The notes beneath the pieces were generated by a model that saw only the letters and a list, made by a program, of their open reading frames with translations, did no database searches and was not told where the DNA came from. A stretch of DNA of 32,000 nucleotides from Thermofilum adornatum (GTDB taxonomy: Archaea; Thermoproteota; Thermoprotei; Thermofilales; Thermofilaceae), in assembly GCF_000446015.1 (NCBI RefSeq), contig NC_022093.1, forward strand, positions 1,410,001 through 1,442,000. Reading direction: 5' to 3'. Numbering within the stretch: the stretch's first letter is position 1; every line of letters starts with the position of its first letter. Of this stretch, positions 15,978 through 24,914 are shown piece by piece. Both the position numbers and the translations under genes were made by a program.

Positions 15978-16870
15978 GGGTACTCGTTACTGGTGGAAGC
16001 GGGCTACTAGGCTCAGTCCTAGTAGAAATGCTTGCACAGAACGGCCACAGCGTTATTGCCACGTATAATGCCCACGAGCCTAGACAAATACAGGGCGTAA
16101 AATGGGTCAAGATAGACATCTCTAGGGGCTATTTGCTCGAGGACCTCGCATGGAAAGAGAAGCCCCACGCAATAATACACAGCGCCGCCATGACAGACGT
16201 AGACAAGTGCGAGATAGAAAAAGAAAAGGCATGGAAAACAAACGTAGAAGCAACCAGGAGCGCCGTGAGGGCCGCCAGGGCCGTAAACGCCCACATAATA
16301 TACATATCAACAGACTACGTCTTTGACGGAGAAAAGGGAAACTACGGGGAAGAAGACCTCCCAGCCCCAGTCAACTACTACGGACTCACAAAGCTCGTAG
16401 CAGAAGAAATAGTCAGGACAAGCGACGTCCTATACACAATCGTAAGGCCCAGCGCCATATACGGCCTAGGCGGTAGCAAGAAAAGCTTCGCAGAATACGC
16501 CGCAGACAAGCTCACAAGGGGAGAAGAAGTCCCAGCACTCGTAGACCAATACGTATCCCCAACATACAACAGGTACCTAGCTTCTGCGATACTCAAGATA
16601 CTCGACACGCGTCCCCTCGGCACAATCCACGTGGCGGGACAAAGGACAAACAGGTACGAATTCGCCCTAACAATAGCCGACATACTCGGCGCCCCAAAAA
16701 ACCTAGTCAAACCAGCAAAAACCCAGGACATGAAGCACTGGCTGGCCAGGAGGCCAAGAGACTCCAGCCTAGACACCTCAAAGGCAAACAGGCTACTAGG
16801 ATATACACACGAAAATAATAAAGCCCTCCAAGACTTCGTAAAAGAGTACCTCGAAAAGAGGCGTCCCTGA
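15974..16870 (+). CDS. rmlD: dTDP-4-dehydrorhamnose reductase.
   Basis: MRVLVTGGSGLLGS begins at the ATG at 15974, which overlaps the rmlB stop (ATGA). The listed upstream extension from 15890 lies inside rmlB. YGLTKLVAE is the YxxxK motif. Confidence 0.85.
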   Translation: MRVLVTGGSGLLGSVLVEMLAQNGHSVIATYNAHEPRQIQGVKWVKIDISRGYLLEDLAWKEKPHAIIHSAAMTDVDKCEIEKEKAWKTNVEATRSAVRAARAVNAHIIYISTDYVFDGEKGNYGEEDLPAPVNYYGLTKLVAEEIVRTSDVLYTIVRPSAIYGLGGSKKSFAEYAADKLTRGEEVPALVDQYVSPTYNRYLASAILKILDTRPLGTIHVAGQRTNRYEFALTIADILGAPKNLVKPAKTQDMKHWLARRPRDSSLDTSKANRLLGYTHENNKALQDFVKEYLEKRRP

Positions 16871-17400
16871 TGGCACTAAAAAACGTTAGGGAGCTAGCCC
16901 TCCCAGGAGCAAAACTCGCAGAACTAGAACGCTTCGTAGACGAGCGAGGTCTCTTCCACGAGCTAATCCGCGCCGACTGGGATCAGCTGCTAGGCGACGA
17001 CAAGCTCCTACAGGCAAATCTCTCAGTAACATTCCCAGGAATAGTAAGGGCCTGGCACCGCCACCTAAGAGGCCAAGTAGACTACTTCTTCGTAGCCAGG
17101 GGATACGCAAAGATATGCGCATACGACGACACCACACAAGCCCTGCTAGAAGTAGTCCTAAGCGGAGACAAGCCACAAATACTACGCATACCCGGACACT
17201 ACTGGCACGGCTTCAAGGCAATAGGCCAAGAACCAGTCTACCTAATATACTTCGTAAACAAGCTATACGACTACCAAAACCCAGACGAAGAAAGACGCCC
17301 ATGGAACGACCCACAAATAGTCCCCAACACAATCAACGGCAAAAAAGACGACCCACGAACAGGCAAACCATGGGACTGGTTCCACCCACCACACAAATAA
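16870..17400 (+). CDS. rmlC: dTDP-4-dehydrorhamnose 3,5-epimerase (cupin).
   Basis: 176 aa with ERGLFHE, RAWHRH and HYWHGF motifs typical of RmlC. The start overlaps the rmlD stop (TGATG). Confidence 0.85.
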   Translation: MALKNVRELALPGAKLAELERFVDERGLFHELIRADWDQLLGDDKLLQANLSVTFPGIVRAWHRHLRGQVDYFFVARGYAKICAYDDTTQALLEVVLSGDKPQILRIPGHYWHGFKAIGQEPVYLIYFVNKLYDYQNPDEERRPWNDPQIVPNTINGKKDDPRTGKPWDWFHPPHK

Positions 17401-17570
17401 AAAACACCCAAAGAGCCACAAATCCTCCTATAACAAAAATATTTTTCACAAGCCCGAAGCACCCACCATAGAGAACAGGAAAAACAACCAGCAGTAAACA
17501 TCTCCAGCAATGAAAATGCATCGACGCGCGCCTACAAAAAGATAAATAACCGGCCAAAAAAGGCATAAAA

Positions 17571-17578
17571 TTTATATA
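17571..17578 (+). promoter_or_regulatory. TATA box for 17602-18003.
   Basis: TTTATATA is preceded by A-rich ggcataaaa. Its centre is about 27 nt upstream of the ATG, identical spacing to the paralog promoter at 5391. Confidence 0.45.
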
Positions 17579-17601
17579 TTTTTTCTCAATTACCCACACG
17601 T

Positions 17602-18003
17602 ATGTCGCCCTCTTCCTCTGCGCCTGTGCCTCCAACGCCTCCAGCGATACAAATATCTCCACAGCTCGTTTCCGCCGCCTACAAGCGCGCACTACGCTAC
17701 GGAGCCTACTGGAGGCTCAGACCAGAGGAGAGGGCGCTCCTTTTCCTCGCCAGGAGGCTTAAAGCTATTAAAAGCCCAGCCCTACGCGAGGCAATACTCA
17801 GGATCCTCGAGAAAGTCTGGCCCTCCAAGGCAACAATGATAAAGGCCTATGAAGAGGGCCTTAGACTGTTAGCCAAAAAGATACAGCTAGCCCTAGTAAT
17901 AGGCGCAACACACATAGCAGAGGCACTCAAAAAAGCCAGCCTGGACACAATCAAGATACTAGGAATACAGTACATAAACACACCACTATTCTACAGAGGC
18001 TAG
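17602..18003 (+). CDS. Conserved hypothetical protein of 133 aa, paralog B.
   Basis: See 5421-5822. Positions 17752-17852 are identical nucleotide-for-nucleotide to 5571-5671. Confidence 0.7.
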   Translation: MSPSSSAPVPPTPPAIQISPQLVSAAYKRALRYGAYWRLRPEERALLFLARRLKAIKSPALREAILRILEKVWPSKATMIKAYEEGLRLLAKKIQLALVIGATHIAEALKKASLDTIKILGIQYINTPLFYRG

Positions 18004-18266
18004 GAGATGAACGTGCGAGAGCCAGACACGCCACTCATACCTCTTGAGAAGCAAGAAGAAGAGAGCAACAGAAGCCGTAGCAAGATGAAGCCATGTATAG
18101 GGGCTACTACCTCCACGTCCTCGGCTCCAAGCGCTAAGTCTGGGGACAAAGTCGTCAAGAAAGGATCCTTGCACGTGTGATTGCCAGGGGATCATAAAGA
18201 AAGACTTAAGCGAATCAAGGGTCAGCGATAAAAATATAAGAGTAGTCAAAGTTCAATATCGAAGCC

Positions 18267-18503
18267 ATGAGCAAGACTGTTTCCATTAGTGTCCCCGAGG
18301 ACATCTGGATTCTCATATCAAAAGACGAGCTACTTAGAAAGGCCATGGAGCGTATTGCTGTCGAAGAATTCAAAAAACTCCTACTAAAGTACTTTGTAGC
18401 AGAAGAGATCGCCGGAGCCGTGAATGAAAACGAAATAGCCAGAATAGATGAAGAGCTAAAGGAAAAAATTTGGGGAGAATTAAAACAAAAATGGAACTTC
18501 TGA
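18267..18503 (+). CDS. Small acidic protein of 78 aa, possibly an RHH/antitoxin-like DNA binder.
   Basis: The N-terminus MSKTVSISVPEDIW resembles the beta-strand start of ribbon-helix-helix antitoxins. TATA-like gataaaaatataag lies about 30-40 nt upstream. The assignment is weak. Confidence 0.45.
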   Translation: MSKTVSISVPEDIWILISKDELLRKAMERIAVEEFKKLLLKYFVAEEIAGAVNENEIARIDEELKEKIWGELKQKWNF

Positions 18504-18549
18504 TTGACAGTAGCAAAGTAATATCAGCAGTGGTAGCGCGTGCATACTT

Positions 18550-18918
18550 ATGAATACTGATCCTGAAAGAATTACGAAAGGACTCGCTCCTTTAATTGAG
18601 TTACTGAAAATTCTTGGCAAAATAATTCGACAAATTGCCGAGTATGAAGAATCAGAAGGACAAAGTCTCGACAATGCACTCAACGAGCTTTTTAAACCCG
18701 AAAATCTGGCTAAACTTTCAAAAGAGCTTCCTATCGAAGTATTTGGTAGCTTTATGGCATCCATGGTGAGATTTTCAGTGCTTTATAGCAAGCTCGTAAA
18801 CTTTGGCTCACTAAGTCCAGAGGAAAAGAAACAAATTGCTGTTGAGTTGGAAGAAATAGCAGCAAGCTGGGAGAAATTCGTTCAAAAACTGCAAGAGATC
18901 AAAGATAAAAATGAGTAG
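18550..18918 (+). CDS. Hypothetical helical acidic protein of 122 aa.
   Basis: It is the first gene of a translationally coupled trio. I see no recognisable motifs. Confidence 0.5.
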   Translation: MNTDPERITKGLAPLIELLKILGKIIRQIAEYEESEGQSLDNALNELFKPENLAKLSKELPIEVFGSFMASMVRFSVLYSKLVNFGSLSPEEKKQIAVELEEIAASWEKFVQKLQEIKDKNE

Positions 18919-19345
18919 TAATAGAATAGAAATCTCAATACGAAGCCTCCCCATTGTAAAAGACTGGAGCCAAATGGCTCTTTCACTTTTCACTAAATTC
19001 AACTTTACCCAATTGCTCACAACTCTTATGCAACAAGTTCTACCTCGGCTCATTCATCCCCAGAAAATCCAAGGCATAACAATATCCAGCTCTCCCAACA
19101 TCGGTCCCTACATACTCATCGAGCTTGACCTAAATGCCAGCGAAGCATTCAAGATATGGGAAAACCTTGCAGACACACTATACCCTCAAACAAGGGTGCC
19201 AGTATTCGTTGTCTGGAAAGGCGAAATGGATCTAAGCCCGTCTGACTTTGGAAAAAGACTGGCAGAAATACTCGCCAAGATGAACACATCCCTCTTCACA
19301 CTAACCCACCCCGTCGACCTCACAAAAGAACTCAGCGAGGAATGA
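18911..19345 (+). CDS. Hypothetical protein of 144 aa.
   Basis: Its start overlaps the upstream stop by 8 nt, and its stop overlaps the PIN gene start (ATGA). I see no recognisable motifs. Confidence 0.5.
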   Translation: MSSNRIEISIRSLPIVKDWSQMALSLFTKFNFTQLLTTLMQQVLPRLIHPQKIQGITISSSPNIGPYILIELDLNASEAFKIWENLADTLYPQTRVPVFVVWKGEMDLSPSDFGKRLAEILAKMNTSLFTLTHPVDLTKELSEE

Positions 19346-19920
19346 GCTCCGCCTGCTACCTAGACGCCAACATAATAATCGCGCTGCTTTTCCCTACAGA
19401 CGCCCACCACAAAAACTCATTAGAAAGAGTATACCATCTCAACATGCAGGGAACAAGACTTGTAACATCAACTTATGCCCTCGTCGAGGTAACAAGAAAC
19501 ACTCTACACACATTAAGTCAACTCGAGCAAGGCAAATACATATTCGCCGAGCCCCTGCCCCAATACATACGGCTCCTCCAAAACCTCAACCCAAACCAAC
19601 GCTGCGAGGCCCTTCTCAACTATATCATTTCCTACATTAAAAACGGCTTCCACATCGAAGTAATCGAACAGGAATACCTCTACGAAATAGAAACAACCAA
19701 CAATACAAAAATAGCCAAACTCTTCCACGAGGCCATAAAGCTCTCATGGATAAATATAAGGACAAAAGACCTACTCCACATAGCAATAGCCAACCTCCTA
19801 AAAACCCACGGAGTCAAATGCATCATCACAGCGGACAAAACCGACTTTGAGCCAATCAAGCAGACCCTAGAAAAAGACCTCGACCTAGAAGTAGAAATCC
19901 TAACCACACAACAATCATAA
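19342..19920 (+). CDS. PIN-domain (VapC-like) ribonuclease.
   Basis: 192 aa. The acidic PIN residues are in the expected order: YLDANIIIALL (D), YALVEV (E), TKDLLHIAIA (D) and IITADKTDF (D). Confidence 0.65.
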   Translation: MSSACYLDANIIIALLFPTDAHHKNSLERVYHLNMQGTRLVTSTYALVEVTRNTLHTLSQLEQGKYIFAEPLPQYIRLLQNLNPNQRCEALLNYIISYIKNGFHIEVIEQEYLYEIETTNNTKIAKLFHEAIKLSWINIRTKDLLHIAIANLLKTHGVKCIITADKTDFEPIKQTLEKDLDLEVEILTTQQS

Positions 19921-19986
19921 AAAATACCAGCATGGGGCCTCAAGGCAACCAGCAAAATACTTGTGAAATGGTCTATTAGGTAAAAT

Positions 19987-21129
19987 ATGAGTAGCGAGGA
20001 GCCAGACGTAACATTCATTTTTCCCTCAAAAAACGAGGAAAAAACAATCGCAGAAGTCATACAAAAAGCCCAAAAAGCCGCCCAGCAACTCGGCCTAACA
20101 TACGAAATCATAGTCCCAGACAACTCCACAGACGCCACCCCACAAATAGCCACAAGCCTCGGAGCAAAAGTAGTCACACCAGACAAGCACGGCTACGGCT
20201 ACGCCTACATATACGCCCTCAGGCACGCAAGGGGCAAATACATAGTCATGGCAGACGCAGACGGCACATACGACCTAGAAGAAGCACCAAAACTCCTACA
20301 GCCACTCCTCCAAAACGAGGCAGACATAGTCCTAGGAACACGCCTAAAAGGCAAAATAATGCCGGGCGCAATGCCATGGCTCCACAGGTACATAGGAAAC
20401 CCCCTCCTAACATTCATCCTCAACAAGTTCTACGGAACAAACGTCTCCGACGCCCACACAGGCTTCAGGGCCGCCAAGAGACAGGCAATACAAAAACTAA
20501 ACCTAAACACCCCAGGAATGGAGTTCGCCTCAGAACTCCTAGCAAAAGCCGCCTACCTAAAACTCCGCATAACAGAAGTCCCAATAACCTACTACCCACG
20601 CAGAGAAGGAACACAATCAAAGCTAAACAGCTTCCGTGACGGCTGGCGCCACCTAAAATACCTACTCATACTAGCCCCCAAGTTCCTCTACTACATCCCC
20701 GGCGCAGCCATGCTCATTACAGGCATCGCACTAATGCTAGCCTCAGTCCTACGTGCCAACCTCGGATACTCCCCAGGAATACACTCAGCCATACTAGGAA
20801 GCATGCTAACAATACTAGGAAACACCCTCACAGGACTCGGACTAATAGCAGACCTCCACCTAGCCAAAACAACCGGAAAACCCACAAGCAGAATCACCAA
20901 CATACTCGTAAAACTCACAGTCGAAAAAACCCTAGCAATAGCCGCCACCCTCATCACGCTGGGACTACTTTACACACTCTACCTATTCGCCATATGGATA
21001 CAATCAGGATACAGATATCTACCGCTACGAGGAGAAAACGCTTTAGCCCTAACACTTATCGTCCTAGGCGCCCAAACAGCGGCAACAGCACTAACAGCAC
21101 ATCTCATCCGGGCAGAACAACGAAACTAG
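19987..21129 (+). CDS. GT2 glycosyltransferase with a C-terminal 4-TM domain (dolichyl-phosphate hexosyltransferase-like).
   Basis: The motifs VTFIFPSKNEEKTI, VPDNSTDATP and VMADADGTYD (DxD) are present. Hydrophobic helices occupy residues about 230-375. Confidence 0.8.
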   Translation: MSSEEPDVTFIFPSKNEEKTIAEVIQKAQKAAQQLGLTYEIIVPDNSTDATPQIATSLGAKVVTPDKHGYGYAYIYALRHARGKYIVMADADGTYDLEEAPKLLQPLLQNEADIVLGTRLKGKIMPGAMPWLHRYIGNPLLTFILNKFYGTNVSDAHTGFRAAKRQAIQKLNLNTPGMEFASELLAKAAYLKLRITEVPITYYPRREGTQSKLNSFRDGWRHLKYLLILAPKFLYYIPGAAMLITGIALMLASVLRANLGYSPGIHSAILGSMLTILGNTLTGLGLIADLHLAKTTGKPTSRITNILVKLTVEKTLAIAATLITLGLLYTLYLFAIWIQSGYRYLPLRGENALALTLIVLGAQTAATALTAHLIRAEQRN

Positions 21130-21371
21130 CAAAAGTTCTCGGAGCCTGCCCAGAAATCTTAAATCTTGCAACAATAGTCAAAGAACTTGAACAACGAAAC
21201 CTAGAATTTCTTCGTTCTCCACACTGGCTACCACTACTCCTACAACATGGATCGCATATTCTTCCAATAACTACAGCTACCAGAACTCAAAAATAATCTA
21301 AAAGCCTGCTACAGCATCCGCACTAAAAAAGCTAAGAGGCTAGACGAGTACAGCACAACCCATTGATAGGC

Positions 21372-22406
21372 ATGTCTCAACCTAATAGCTACTCGACAAA
21401 AAGCTACAATTTCGAGGTGCTTGCAGTGATCGTCAATTACGACTCGAAGCCCTTCCTAGCAATTGAAAGAATGTTGCTCAAGGGGCTCGCCGATCTAGGA
21501 CGCTACACGAAGATCAAGCTTCTCCTCGTCGACAATTACAGCACCGACGGTAGCTTCGAGGAGCTAAAAGAGCATTCAAAGCGCCTCGGCGTCGACACGG
21601 AGGCTGTAAGGCTGAGCAAAAACTATGGGTTCGCAAGAGCTGTCAACATCGCCTGGCACTATGCGTTCAAGCGATGGAAGTTCAAGTACTTCATGCTCCT
21701 AAACAACGACCTCGTAATCGTGCCGAACAACGTCGCAAAGCTACTCAAGTACCTCGAGATAGACAACGTAGCAGGCGTCCAAGGCACGCTAATGCAAGCA
21801 GACAACCCACGCCTCATAGACAACGCGGGCTTCGCCATAGACACATTCGGGCTAACCTACCCCATATGCAGGGGCTACACGATCAAGTGCGCGAAGACAT
21901 GCCACCCAAGCTTCCTCAGCGGGGCCTTCTCCGTATACAGAGCCGACGCGATAGAAAAGCTAGGCCAACCCTTCCACAACGCGGTAGAAGCCTACTTTGA
22001 CGACAAGTACCTCGGCTTGAGGCTATGGAGCACAGGCTACAACCTACTCCACGTTCCCCTTGTAGTCGCCTACCATCTCGGGAGCGCAAGCTACGCCCCC
22101 CAGGTCAAACTTAAAAGTCCACAATGGTTCGAGGGTGTACTACTGGCAGAGCTTGCGCCATCATATGTTACTGATATAAAAGCTAGGTATCTTTTAATAA
22201 TTCTTTGGGGAATGACCTCTGCATTTTTGTCTATTATATTTCTTTCAAATTATGTTAAGAATTTTATATTTGCTTACAGGACTGTAAAAATTTTAAAGAA
22301 GAATAAGAAAGAGTTTATCAAAAACTTTAGTATTTTACCTTCAATAACATTAAGTCTTTTACTACTTATAGCAAGAACCAAAAAAGGCTTAAAACTACAA
22401 ACATAA
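21372..22406 (+). CDS. GT2 glycosyltransferase (rhamnosyltransferase-like) with a C-terminal TM tail.
   Basis: LAVIVNYDSK, LLVDNYSTDGS and MLLNNDLV are present. The start is ATG 21372, or the listed TTG at 21363. The last 80 codons lie in AT-rich sequence. Confidence 0.75.
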   Translation: MSQPNSYSTKSYNFEVLAVIVNYDSKPFLAIERMLLKGLADLGRYTKIKLLLVDNYSTDGSFEELKEHSKRLGVDTEAVRLSKNYGFARAVNIAWHYAFKRWKFKYFMLLNNDLVIVPNNVAKLLKYLEIDNVAGVQGTLMQADNPRLIDNAGFAIDTFGLTYPICRGYTIKCAKTCHPSFLSGAFSVYRADAIEKLGQPFHNAVEAYFDDKYLGLRLWSTGYNLLHVPLVVAYHLGSASYAPQVKLKSPQWFEGVLLAELAPSYVTDIKARYLLIILWGMTSAFLSIIFLSNYVKNFIFAYRTVKILKKNKKEFIKNFSILPSITLSLLLLIARTKKGLKLQT

Positions 22407-22407
22407 C

Positions 22408-22677
22408 ATGACGTCGTTGTTAATGTTCCTAAAAATGGGGTGCACGCGTGGCGCGATTGTAGAAAAGTTGCTAAAGTTATTTTTGAATGTTTTTGTTACA
22501 GGTTTTCTTATTGTTGTTTTACTTCTGCTAAGTGTTTCTATTAATAATGTATATTTGAGAAAATATGAGATTTCTAATGAATTGGCCAGATACGCCTATT
22601 ATGCTTTTACTGTTTTATTGCTTGCTTTGCTGATATATCTTTTTTTAAATGAAAAACATTTTCCAGGGTGTTCATAA
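22408..22677 (+). CDS. Small two-TM membrane protein of 89 aa.
   Basis: The ORF starts 2 nt after the previous stop and has two long hydrophobic segments. It lies in an AT-rich region, so a chance ORF is less likely but not excluded. Confidence 0.35.
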   Translation: MTSLLMFLKMGCTRGAIVEKLLKLFLNVFVTGFLIVVLLLLSVSINNVYLRKYEISNELARYAYYAFTVLLLALLIYLFLNEKHFPGCS

Positions 22678-22678
22678 T

Positions 22679-23773
22679 ATGAAAAGTGGGATAAGTATAA
22701 TTATACCCAATCTCAATGGTGAAAAAGTTTTACCTTTTTGTTTGAGAAGTTTAATTAATCAAACACTTTCAAAAGGTAATTATGAAATAATTGTAATTGA
22801 TAATAATTCTACCGATAAAAGCACACAGATATGTGAAACATATTCTAAATTGTATAAATCTCCTAGAATTAGGTGTATAAAATTTTCACGAAACTTAGGT
22901 TATGGCAATGCGATTAACATTGGCGCCAAATATGCTCAATATAAATACATCTTGGCTACTAACAATGATATAATTTTTCATCCCTTTTACCTGGAAGTAT
23001 TACTAGATACTTTAGAGTATGTAAGAAGTAGAATGAAAAACGTTGTAGCCGCAGTTGGTTTACATTTCTATTATCCTGAGGTAACTTGTATCAATTCAGC
23101 AGGAGGACTATTATCCATTGTGGGTGGTCATTATAGATATTATGGGCGTTGTCTTGGGCAATCAGATTTCAGAAATTTCATGAAACAAGCTGTGAATAAG
23201 AAAAAAAAGAAGATTTTTTCTTTAACTGGTTTTGGAACTGGTGCAGCACTTCTTATTGATAGAAGTATATTCATGAAAATTGGAGGATTTTATAAATTGT
23301 ATTTTGCAGGCGTTGAAGAGTTTGATTTAGGATTATTATTAAATCTTTTAGGTTTTAGAATTATTTTTGTTCCAACAGCAGTGCTTTTTCATCGTGAAAG
23401 TTTTACCTTTAAGAGGAAAGGGCTTAATGATACCAATAAAATAAAGGCCTATTTGCCTGGCAATTATATTTATGTCTCCACTTTAATTCAAGGGGTTGAT
23501 CGTATCTTTGCATATTTATTACTTTTTTCTTTCTCTATCTTTATTTTCGCATTCTCTTTAGTAAAAAAAGATAAAAATCTTTCTAGAAGCATAATTGAAG
23601 TATACAGATTTATAACTTCAGATTATTTCAATAAGAATTTAGTTGCACGAAGAGCACAATTCAGGATAACTTTACATCAATATTTTGAAACGAAAAAAAT
23701 TCTAAAAAGTTTAAAAATGTGGAAATCACCCTTAGCCATTATAGTGGATACCTTTAGGTCCTTCTTGTCATGA
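22679..23773 (+). CDS. GT2 glycosyltransferase.
   Basis: ISIIIPNLNGEK, VIDNNSTDKS and ATNNDIIF are present. The ATG at 22679 is preferred over the listed 22649, which overlaps the previous ORF. Confidence 0.75.
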   Translation: MKSGISIIIPNLNGEKVLPFCLRSLINQTLSKGNYEIIVIDNNSTDKSTQICETYSKLYKSPRIRCIKFSRNLGYGNAINIGAKYAQYKYILATNNDIIFHPFYLEVLLDTLEYVRSRMKNVVAAVGLHFYYPEVTCINSAGGLLSIVGGHYRYYGRCLGQSDFRNFMKQAVNKKKKKIFSLTGFGTGAALLIDRSIFMKIGGFYKLYFAGVEEFDLGLLLNLLGFRIIFVPTAVLFHRESFTFKRKGLNDTNKIKAYLPGNYIYVSTLIQGVDRIFAYLLLFSFSIFIFAFSLVKKDKNLSRSIIEVYRFITSDYFNKNLVARRAQFRITLHQYFETKKILKSLKMWKSPLAIIVDTFRSFLS

Positions 23774-23810
23774 TATTAAGAAAAATCTATAAGCGCGCAT
23801 CTCATAACAA

Positions 23811-24875
23811 ATGTTTCAAATTAAAAGTAGCAATATGGTAAACGTAAATAACAATTATAATTATATTAGCATTGTCATTGTTACATGGAATGGCAAACAC
23901 TATATTGGAACTCTCTTTAATTCCTTATCGAGAATACTTAATAGACATCCAAACATTGAAATAATAATAGTAGATAACGGAAGTACAGATGGAACTCAAG
24001 ACATAATTAAAACTATTATAGAAAGATTAAATTTAAATAGTCGAGTTACCGTTAAATGTCTTAATAAAAATCTCGGTTTTATGGGAGGTAATAATGTAGG
24101 CATTATGTTTGCCAGAGGCAAACTAATATTTATGTTAAATCAAGATACATATTTGCATGATGAAGCACTAGAAAATGTTTTCCAAATTTTTAATAGCGAC
24201 CCTAAAATTGGAGCTACGCAATGTCTCCTACTCCAGTATCGGCATCCCCACATTTTAGACTCATGTGGGGATGAGTTCAGTAGCTTAGGAACAGGTATAA
24301 TCGGTTGTTTTGGAGAAAGATTTACTAAAGTTTTAGCAGAAATCAATGAAAGAAGAGAGATAGTCTTAGCAAGAGGTGCAGCACTCATCATCAGACGAGA
24401 GGTGCTCGAACTATCAAAGAAAATTTTTGGAACATACTTACCCACCTATCTTGTAGCACCCTACTATGAGGATTGGTTTCTGTCAATATTCACAAAAGTA
24501 TTGGGCTATAAACTCTTACTTATACCCAGTTGTATAGTATATCACGATTCCTTAAAACAAATACATCGTGATCCGTATACTTTATATAATGCTGTTAATA
24601 TCTTTGTACAGTTTCGTGCACCAATTTTCATGATTCTTGGAACAATTGGAACGATTGCATTTTCATCCGTTTTCATTTCTAAACAACCGTTAAAATTGCT
24701 TATTTGTTTTAGAGCTCTACTAAGGAAACTCAGGAAAAATATTCAAATGAGGTATTATATAGATATACTAGCTAAACAAAGAGGAATAGAGCTTAAAAAT
24801 TTATGGAAGACGAAAAGAAAAACTACAGATGCCCTTAGATGGTACTTCACTTTTCTGCAATTAACTCGAAAATAA
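23811..24875 (+). CDS. GT2 glycosyltransferase.
   Basis: ISIVIVTWNGKHY, IIVDNGSTDGT and MLNQDTYL are present. The start is uncertain, with an alternative ATG at 23835. Confidence 0.75.
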   Translation: MFQIKSSNMVNVNNNYNYISIVIVTWNGKHYIGTLFNSLSRILNRHPNIEIIIVDNGSTDGTQDIIKTIIERLNLNSRVTVKCLNKNLGFMGGNNVGIMFARGKLIFMLNQDTYLHDEALENVFQIFNSDPKIGATQCLLLQYRHPHILDSCGDEFSSLGTGIIGCFGERFTKVLAEINERREIVLARGAALIIRREVLELSKKIFGTYLPTYLVAPYYEDWFLSIFTKVLGYKLLLIPSCIVYHDSLKQIHRDPYTLYNAVNIFVQFRAPIFMILGTIGTIAFSSVFISKQPLKLLICFRALLRKLRKNIQMRYYIDILAKQRGIELKNLWKTKRKTTDALRWYFTFLQLTRK

Positions 24876-24914
24876 AGCGTAAAAAATTAATAAATTGTGA
24901 TAGATAGAAACAAA

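Noticed and set aside
18007-18180. A 57-aa ORF (MNVREPDTPLIPLEKQEEESNRSRSK...) just downstream of paralog B.
   Set aside because: It is low-complexity, has no motifs and no equivalent downstream of paralog A. It may be real, but I cannot support it.
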